Positions 6,589 through 12,485 of a stretch of 12,485 nt of DNA are shown piece after piece (positions within the stretch are counted from its first letter, which is position 1; the number at the start of each line of letters is the position of its first letter). A program made the translations under genes and the position numbers. The notes under the pieces were generated by a model, which was given only the letters and a program-made list of their open reading frames with translations, was not told the DNA's origin and did no database searches. Source of the DNA: Candidatus Thorarchaeota archaeon. Its GTDB lineage: Archaea; Asgardarchaeota; Thorarchaeia; Thorarchaeales; Thorarchaeaceae. The stretch spans positions 1 through 12,485 of the forward strand of contig SHMX01000015.1 in NCBI GenBank assembly GCA_008080745.1. Direction: 5' to 3'.

Positions 6589-7926
6589 TCAGGTTTCGTC
6601 AAAGGTGAGCCCCAGCCCCTCCTCCTCCAGCCACGCATTCAACCTTTCGCGGGCATACCGTGAGGCATCTTCGTAGCCTGGTTGGCCGAAGACGTCGGTC
6701 GTTTCATCGGGATCGGCCTCCAAGTCGAAGAGGATCTCGTATTCCTGGCCATAGATCCGGCTGTGGACATATTTGTACGGTCCGAAACGGAGCATGCGTC
6801 CGTCGGGATTGACCGAGAAGAGCTCGCTGAAGCCACCGTCTCCCTCGCCGTAGCATTGGGCCTTGAAGCTCCTGCCGTCCAACCCCTCTGGCACCGCCAC
6901 ACCGGCCAGATCGAGCAGCGTGGGCATCAGGTCGGCCGATCCGACGAGGGCGTGTCGGTTCACCGAGCCGGGGGCGATCGCCCCCGGTTGACGGAGGATC
7001 AACATCGTCCGGGCCGACTCCTCGTAGAAGGGGATCTTGGAGATCAGCCTATGGGCGCCCATTATGTCGCCGTGATCGGTGGTGAAAACGACGATCGTGT
7101 CCTCCTCCAGTCCGACATCGCGGAGCGCGTCCAGCACCAGCTCGATGTACCAATCCGTCTTCTCGATCAACAGGCAGTAGGTGGCGATGTAACGCTTCCA
7201 ATCGTCCTCGCTCCAGTCGGCCAGCTCCTCGTACATGTAGTCCTCGTGGCGGATCATGCCCGGAACAACGGGGGCGTCGTGGTTGGCGGGCAGGCCGGGC
7301 CGGGGTTGGAAGCGGAGGTAGAGTTCGTCGTCGGTGCGGCAGAAGAAGATCGCATCAGCGAACGTGGCCCCTTTGACCTTGCCGCCCAGCACCTTGCAGA
7401 TGTCATGCGGGTTGATCAGCGACAGCACCATGTAGAAGGGCCGGTCGTGGTCCCGGCGCAGGTAGTCGATGGCGTCGTGGGTGAAGATCTGGTCGTAGGC
7501 CGAGCCCTCGGCCAGCATCCCCCCGGAAGAGAACCTCATGCTGCCGAACTCGTCGATGCCGTCCCAGGCATAGTCGCCGGCGTGCTCCTTGCCGAAGTAG
7601 GCCGTATCATACCCCGCAGCCTTGAACGCGGCGCCGAGCGTGGCCACATCGGAGCGGGTGGGGTATTCCCCGTATCGGTCGAGGTAGATCTCCTCATTGT
7701 CGACGATGTGGTGGTTGTGGGGCATCAGGCCGGTGAAAAGACTGGCCCGGGCAGGGCAGCAGAGGGGGAAGGAGGTGTAGCTTCCCTCGAAACGGACGCC
7801 CTCAACGGCCAACCGGTCGACGCCAGGAGTCTGAATCCCGGTGTCATACTCACCCGACCCGTCGGCGATTCGCGTCGACCATTGGTCGGAGATGATCAGA
7901 ACGACGTTAGGTTGTCTACCCATCAT
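6589..7926 (-). CDS. Formylglycine-dependent (S1) Cys-type sulfatase, cytoplasmic (445 aa)
   Basis: PNVVLIISDQ start, catalytic motif LCCPARASLFTG (C-x-P-x-R), GKEH, NPHD, TTDHG and FYEES. RBS AAGGGAG upstream. No signal peptide. The start lies 10 nt after the GH13 stop. Confidence 0.92.
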   Translation of the reverse strand: MMGRQPNVVLIISDQWSTRIADGSGEYDTGIQTPGVDRLAVEGVRFEGSYTSFPLCCPARASLFTGLMPHNHHIVDNEEIYLDRYGEYPTRSDVATLGAAFKAAGYDTAYFGKEHAGDYAWDGIDEFGSMRFSSGGMLAEGSAYDQIFTHDAIDYLRRDHDRPFYMVLSLINPHDICKVLGGKVKGATFADAIFFCRTDDELYLRFQPRPGLPANHDAPVVPGMIRHEDYMYEELADWSEDDWKRYIATYCLLIEKTDWYIELVLDALRDVGLEEDTIVVFTTDHGDIMGAHRLISKIPFYEESARTMLILRQPGAIAPGSVNRHALVGSADLMPTLLDLAGVAVPEGLDGRSFKAQCYGEGDGGFSELFSVNPDGRMLRFGPYKYVHSRIYGQEYEILFDLEADPDETTDVFGQPGYEDASRYARERLNAWLEEEGLGLTFDET

Positions 7927-7936
7927 TCACTCCCTT

Positions 7937-9565
7937 TTAGTGTCCAATTTCTACCCGATGGCGTGCCTTGATCAAGGCACGCGTCTTCTCCAGTAACTCT
8001 ATGCCCTGTTTATCGTCCCAGCGCATCGGCTCGCGGATGACGTTGAGGTCGGCTTCGGTGTGACTCATCTTCTGCGAGAGCCCCACCTCGGTGCCGTAGA
8101 GGATGACGGGCGGGTTGGGCAAGCGCATCAACGCGGCCAGCGCCTCCAGTTGCGCGTCTTGATCGCCGCCGGCGATGAACAGGAAACGGTCCATATCGTG
8201 GTTGTCGATGAAGGCCGGCATGACAAATTCGGGGTGCATATACCGTTGGTGGTAGGTCAGGAACCGTTGGAAGTCGGCCTCCGACCAATATTTCCACCCG
8301 TATCGCTGTCGCAGCGCGTAGTTGGCGTGGAAGTCGAGCGCACCGTCGAGGCGACCGATGTAGGCTTGCAATACGTCGGGTGTTTCGGTGATCTCGCCGA
8401 AGTAGAAAGTATCTGGCTTTTCGCGCTTGCAGGCGTCGACGAAGAAGCTCCAGAAATCGGGGCGCGGCCCGCTGGCGTAGTCCAGCCGGTAACCGTCGAT
8501 ATCGAACTCGCGCACCCAGTAGAGCGCGTTCTCCACCATCCAGTCGCGGGCATCCGGGTGGGTCAGATCGATCTCGGGCATCGTCGCTACGCCGAAAAAG
8601 CCGCGGTAGCCCAGTTCAGACCCGTCGAAGGAAAACCAGTCGCGGTAGGGAGATGTGCTGTCTGCCAGCGCCGCCTGGAAGATGGGATGCTGGTTCGACA
8701 CGTGGTTACATGCCATGTCAAGCAAGACGCGCAGCCCGCGCTCGTGGGCCGCGTCGACCAGCCTGTGCACCGTCTCCTTGTCGCCCAGGCGAGGTTCGAC
8801 CTCGCGGTAGTCGATCGTATCGTAGCCGTGCCAGCTCGGGGTGGCCCAGATGGGGCTCAACCAAATACAGTTCGCACCCAGCGCAGCGATGTAGTCCAGT
8901 TTCTCGACCACGCCCTGCAGCGTGCCGCTGCAGAATCCATTCAAGTCGCCGGTCTGCCGCCACGATTTTCCCGCGCCGGGATAGAAACGGTCGATCATGA
9001 TATGATAGATGATCGCCTCGCGGGCCCAATCGGGCGCGCCGGGCTGGCCGACGTTGAGAGTAAAGACCGTCCCCGGCTGCGGGTCGCCCCAGCGGACCGA
9101 TGGGTCGGGCGGAAGATTCTGGCTGAAGTGGCGATTGGCCGCATTTTCCGCGCTCAGCTTCAGGTCGGGGTAGTCGGCGAAGATCTCCTCACCACCGGTA
9201 CCCCAGGCGCCGATGCGATAGCGTAGCCGGGTTCCAGCGGCGAAACCGGGCAGCGTGGCGGCCCAGCGTGTGGTGTAGCCCCAGACGAAATTGTCCCACG
9301 TCGTGGCGACGTGGGCGAACGGTACGACATCGCCATTCTGCGCCACGCCGCGCTGTCCCACCGGCTCCGATCCGTCGGTGGTGACGTAGCAGGCCATTTC
9401 GCTGGCGGTCACATCCACGCCCGTCGTCGCGTACAGGGTGATGGGTTCATCGGCGCCCGGTTTGCGCGGTGAGATCTCTTGCGCGTGCCGCACGCCCTGA
9501 CGCATCAGTTGGTGATGATACAGCTTCAGTTCATCGGTTGACAACGTGCCGAATGCAAAGTCCAT
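7937..9565 (-). CDS. GH13 alpha-amylase-family glycosidase (neopullulanase/cyclomaltodextrinase-like) with a ~175-aa N-terminal extra domain (542 aa)
   Basis: PDWAREAIIYHIMIDRF, LDYIAALGANCIWLSPI, HGYDTIDY, region I DMACNH, region V MPEID, region II GYRLDYA (nucleophile Asp), region III GEIT (Glu) and region IV DNHD (Asp). RBS GGGAGGT. No signal peptide. Confidence 0.92.
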   Translation of the reverse strand: MDFAFGTLSTDELKLYHHQLMRQGVRHAQEISPRKPGADEPITLYATTGVDVTASEMACYVTTDGSEPVGQRGVAQNGDVVPFAHVATTWDNFVWGYTTRWAATLPGFAAGTRLRYRIGAWGTGGEEIFADYPDLKLSAENAANRHFSQNLPPDPSVRWGDPQPGTVFTLNVGQPGAPDWAREAIIYHIMIDRFYPGAGKSWRQTGDLNGFCSGTLQGVVEKLDYIAALGANCIWLSPIWATPSWHGYDTIDYREVEPRLGDKETVHRLVDAAHERGLRVLLDMACNHVSNQHPIFQAALADSTSPYRDWFSFDGSELGYRGFFGVATMPEIDLTHPDARDWMVENALYWVREFDIDGYRLDYASGPRPDFWSFFVDACKREKPDTFYFGEITETPDVLQAYIGRLDGALDFHANYALRQRYGWKYWSEADFQRFLTYHQRYMHPEFVMPAFIDNHDMDRFLFIAGGDQDAQLEALAALMRLPNPPVILYGTEVGLSQKMSHTEADLNVIREPMRWDDKQGIELLEKTRALIKARHRVEIGH

Positions 9566-9566
9566 A

Positions 9567-9595
9567 TTGACAACACCTCCCTTTTACGATATAAT
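9567..9595 (+). promoter_or_regulatory. Perfect-consensus sigma70 promoter for marR-anSME
   Basis: TTGACA (9567-9572), 17-nt spacer, TATAAT (9590-9595). The spacer contains the complement of the GH13 RBS. Confidence 0.8.
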
Positions 9596-9618
9596 GCCAG
9601 CATACTGTTTGATATACT

Positions 9619-9640
9619 AATATTTGATATATCAAGTATT
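9619..9640. promoter_or_regulatory. 22-bp palindromic operator (probable MarR box), with a degenerate copy 15 bp upstream
   Basis: AATATTTGATATATCAAGTATT has a perfect 12-bp core TTGATATATCAA and one mismatched pair in 11. A second copy, TTGATATACTAA, is at 9609-9620. Confidence 0.7.
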
Positions 9641-9666
9641 GTACCGAAAACTACACGATTTGTCAA
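9638..9666 (-). promoter_or_regulatory. Near-consensus sigma70 promoter for the GH13-sulfatase operon
   Basis: On the - strand: TTGACA (9666-9661), 17-nt spacer, TACAAT (9643-9638). Confidence 0.75.
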
Positions 9667-9691
9667 TAGGGAAACCGTTCAGGAGGAACGA

Positions 9692-10147
9692 ATGACGATG
9701 CAATTTGAAGAAAAACTCCACAAAGCGTTAAACGACCTGGCAATCCTCCACACCGGGTCCGAAAAAGCTGTGCTAGCGCAGCACGGGTTGCGACGCGTGC
9801 GCTTTTACGTACTGCGCCACCTTTACCAAAATCCAGGATTGCCCGTCACGCGGCTGAGCGAATTGTCTCTCACGGGGCCAGCTAGCATCTCTCGCATGGT
9901 CTACAGTATGGAGGAGGAAGGTTTGGTGCAACGAGAGCAGGATGAAAACGACCGCAGGAAGTCGATTCTGTCGCTCACGGATGCCGGTAAAGCGCTTTAC
10001 GAGAAAGCAAATACTGCATTGCAAGCTGACATTCGAGCTCGTTTCAGCAGCATTGACGAGGAACAGTTTGCCAGTAGCATAGAGACGATCGAGCAATTAG
10101 TTGGGGCGATTAAGCAGCATCAACACAACGAAGACCTAGCTACGTGA
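9692..10147 (+). CDS. MarR-family transcriptional regulator (151 aa)
   Basis: RBS AGGAGG. Winged-HTH pattern FYVLRHLY...SISRMVYSMEEEGLVQREQDENDRRKSILSLTDAG, including the DRR and LTxxG hallmarks. Confidence 0.9.
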   Translation: MTMQFEEKLHKALNDLAILHTGSEKAVLAQHGLRRVRFYVLRHLYQNPGLPVTRLSELSLTGPASISRMVYSMEEEGLVQREQDENDRRKSILSLTDAGKALYEKANTALQADIRARFSSIDEEQFASSIETIEQLVGAIKQHQHNEDLAT

Positions 10148-11385
10148 CCAACATTTCCCCGCCATTCCACGTGCTGGCCAAGCCGACCGGTTCCGCTTGT
10201 AACTTGGCTTGCCGCTACTGTTATTTCCTGTCGAAGGAGGCGCTCTATCCCGAGAGCCGCTTTCGTATGTCGGACCCAGTTCTGGAATCGTACATCCGCC
10301 AGCTTATCCAATCACAGCCAGCGCGGGAGGTCGCCGTCGCTTGGCAGGGCGGCGAACCGACGCTAATGGGGCTGGGCTTCTTCAAACGCTCTGTCGAGTT
10401 GGCGGAACGTTACAGGCAACCGGGCCAATCCATAACCTACGCCATCCAGACGAACGGCACGCTGCTAGACGACGCGTGGGGCGCTTTCTTCAAGCAGCAC
10501 AGCTTTCTTGTCGGATTGAGCTTGGACGGCCCGCAGGCCCTGCACGATGCGTACCGGGTCGACAAGGCGGGGCGCGGCACATTCGAGCGCGTGATGCGCG
10601 GGTGGCAGGTGCTCAAGAAGCACGGTGTCGTGTCGAACATCCTGTGCACGGTCCACGCTGCCAACGCCGACCATCCATTGGAGGTCTACCGCTTTTTCCG
10701 CGATGAATTGGGTGCGCGCTTCATTCAGTTCATCCCGATTGTGGAGCGGACCACACCGGACACGGCGCGCCTCGCAGACGAAGGCTGGGGAGAAACAACC
10801 GACGGCGAGCGCCCGCTCTACACCCAGGCAGGCCACACCGTCACGCGGCGCTCGGTCCGCCCGAAGCAGTTCGGGCGCTTCTTGATCAGTGTTTTCGACG
10901 AATGGGTACGGCGCGACGTGGGACAAGTGTTTGTGCGCACCTTTGATGCGGCGTTTGCCAACTGGCTCGGCGCACCGCCGGGTGTCTGTATCTTTCAAGA
11001 GACGTGCGGGCTGGCGCTGGCGATGGAACACAATGGCGATCTCTATGCCTGCGACCACTTCGTCGAGCCAGACTACCTGCTAGGCAACATTCTGGACAGG
11101 CTATTGATCGAGCTGGTTGCCTCTGAAAAGCAGCGCGGTTTTGGGCTGGCTAAGCGAGACACCTTGCCTGCGGCCTGTCGCGCGTGCGAGGTGGGCTTTG
11201 CCTGTCACGGCGGCTGCCCGCGAAATCGCTTTCGAGAGACGCCTGCTGGCGAACCGGGGTTGAACTACCTGTGCGCGGGTTACAAGCTCTTTTTCCACCA
11301 CATAGACCATCCAATGCGCATTATGGCTGACCTATTACATCGCGGGCGAGCGCCGGCTGATGTGATGGAATGGTACGCTGACTGA
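10144..11385 (+). CDS. Anaerobic sulfatase-maturating radical SAM/SPASM enzyme (anSME; AslB/ChuR family) (413 aa)
   Basis: FHVLAKPTGSACNLACRYCYFL (CxxxCxxC), WQGGEPTL, QTNGTLL, SLDGP and SPASM cysteines CIFQETCG..YACDH..CRACEVGFACHGGCP..LC. The GTG start overlaps the marR TGA (GTGA, translational coupling). Confidence 0.93.
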   Translation: MTNISPPFHVLAKPTGSACNLACRYCYFLSKEALYPESRFRMSDPVLESYIRQLIQSQPAREVAVAWQGGEPTLMGLGFFKRSVELAERYRQPGQSITYAIQTNGTLLDDAWGAFFKQHSFLVGLSLDGPQALHDAYRVDKAGRGTFERVMRGWQVLKKHGVVSNILCTVHAANADHPLEVYRFFRDELGARFIQFIPIVERTTPDTARLADEGWGETTDGERPLYTQAGHTVTRRSVRPKQFGRFLISVFDEWVRRDVGQVFVRTFDAAFANWLGAPPGVCIFQETCGLALAMEHNGDLYACDHFVEPDYLLGNILDRLLIELVASEKQRGFGLAKRDTLPAACRACEVGFACHGGCPRNRFRETPAGEPGLNYLCAGYKLFFHHIDHPMRIMADLLHRGRAPADVMEWYAD

Positions 11386-11487
11386 CATTCAATCCCGTAT
11401 GGTGCAATTACTTCATCCAAGTCCTCCTGACGGCCAAATCCTCAATCTTACAGCCCTGGTCACCACGCCAATCCCTGGTAGAATAAT

Positions 11488-12485
11488 TGTCCTGGCCGAA
11501 AACCATATCCGACCTCCAACCCATGTCCTGTTGCCCCATTCTGTGGTAGAATCTCGATCCCGACATCGTAGGCAGAAAGGGCATTAATGAGCTTCCTTCT
11601 TCAACTTGCATGGTCTCTCCTCCAAGGCATCAAGCAGCGACTCCGCCAATGGACCAAGCCCGAGAACCGTGCTCTGGCCTTGGACGTTGCCCTTGACCTC
11701 ACCCGCTCCAGGTCGGAGCTGATGATAGAGAACGCCCTGCTCCGCCGGCAGCTGGCCGTGCTCAATCGACAGGTCAAGCGCCCTCAACTCACCTGGAGAG
11801 ATCGATCAATCATCGTCTTCCTAGCGAGCAAGCTGCGTGGGTGGAAAGACGCCTTGATGATCGTGCAGCCCGAGACTTTGCTGCGCTGGCATCGCGACTT
11901 CTTCCGTTTCATCTGGCGACATAAATCGAAGGCAGAGTCCAAGCCCGGCAGGCCGCCGCTCTCAGATGATGACATCGCCCGCATCAAGCGGTTGGCGCGG
12001 GAGAACGCGACCTGGGGCGCGGAGCGGATTCGGGGAGAGCTCAAGCACTTGGGCATCGACGTCAGCAAGAGTACGATTCAGAAGTATATCGAGGACGAGC
12101 GCCAATCACAGACCGCGAAGCAGACCTGGGCCACGTTCATACGAAACCACGCCAGCGAGATCTGGGCCTGTGACTTTGTTCAGACCTACGACTTCATCTT
12201 CCGTGCGATCTTCGTCTTCGTGATTATCGAGCTAGGGTCTCGGCGAATCGTCCACTTTGGTGTGACGAGACACCCGACCGATCAATGGACGGCCCAGCAA
12301 CTGCGCGAGGCGACCGGATTCGGCGAAGGGCCGCGGTTCCTGATCCGCGACAACGACAATAAGTATGGGGAGTCATTCAAGCGCGTCGCCTCAGGAATCG
12401 AGGTGCTGAGGACACCATACCGGGCGCCGAGGGCGAACGCCTACTGCGAGCGCTTCATTGGCAGCCTGCGGCGGGAGTGTCTCGA
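11488..12485 (+). mobile_element. IS481/IS3-superfamily-like insertion sequence, left end and most of the body (runs off the window)
   Basis: Starts TGTCCTGGCCGAAAA, an IR shared with 3930-3953, 99 nt upstream of a DDE transposase ORF. Confidence 0.85.
11587..12485 (+). CDS. Integrase-core (rve-type) DDE transposase, 3'-partial (>299 aa)
   Basis: Manual translation is open to the window end: MSFLLQLAW...IENALLRRQLAVL...VQPETLLRWHR...PGRPP...WGAERIRGELKHLG...WACDF (D)...LIRDND (D)...NAYCERFIGSLRRECL (E). It is missing from the ORF track because no stop falls in the window. Confidence 0.9.
   Translation, partial: MSFLLQLAWSLLQGIKQRLRQWTKPENRALALDVALDLTRSRSELMIENALLRRQLAVLNRQVKRPQLTWRDRSIIVFLASKLRGWKDALMIVQPETLLRWHRDFFRFIWRHKSKAESKPGRPPLSDDDIARIKRLARENATWGAERIRGELKHLGIDVSKSTIQKYIEDERQSQTAKQTWATFIRNHASEIWACDFVQTYDFIFRAIFVFVIIELGSRRIVHFGVTRHPTDQWTAQQLREATGFGEGPRFLIRDNDNKYGESFKRVASGIEVLRTPYRAPRANAYCERFIGSLRRECL

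Noticed and set aside
6682-9226. Long + strand ORFs 6682-7971 (429 aa) and 8060-9226 (388 aa)
   Set aside because: They are antisense shadows of the sulfatase and GH13 genes, expected from high-GC codon bias. They show no motifs or RBS, whereas the - strand carries complete catalytic signatures.
3857-9565. Calling the regulator malT and the locus a maltose regulon
   Set aside because: LAL/MalT-like regulators are widespread and not sugar-specific, no MalT boxes or maltose transporter are evident, and the GH13 promoter is consensus and appears MarR-controlled.
3954-11487. Target-site duplication linking the two IS ends
   Set aside because: The flanks GACTCC (3954-3959) and AATAAT (11482-11487) do not match in direct or inverted orientation.
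11386-11487. Possible 3' remnant of a - strand gene cut by the IS (YSTRDWRGDQGCKIEDLAVRRTWMK*)
   Set aside because: It is too short and unrecognisable to support without a database search.

Overview
GC-rich bacterial window; the protein styles suggest an anaerobic Chloroflexota/Anaerolineae-like host (inference). It has three blocks. (1) 1-3729, all + strand: the tail of an Ig-like (Big_5-type) protein, a TolB-like PD40 beta-propeller lipoprotein and two uncharacterised multi-TM membrane proteins. Two leaders in this block share 11-bp-phased GTnA(C) repeats upstream of a TAyACT -10. (2) 3954-11487: a catabolic module in which a GH13 alpha-glucan hydrolase and a Cys-type formylglycine sulfatase (- strand) diverge from a MarR regulator and an anaerobic sulfatase maturase (+ strand). 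Two near-consensus face-to-face sigma70 promoters and a 22-bp palindromic operator lie between them. A MalT/LAL-type STAND regulator follows the sulfatase but has lost its LuxR HTH at an IS end. (3) 11488-end: an IS481/IS3-superfamily-like element with a DDE integrase-core transposase that runs off the window. The same terminal inverted repeat (20/24 identical, first 15 bp perfect) occurs at 3930-3953 with no transposase beside it. The catabolic module is therefore bracketed by two outward-facing IS ends, and the left gene block may be cargo or the product of a rearrangement. No CRISPR, rRNA or tRNA was seen.
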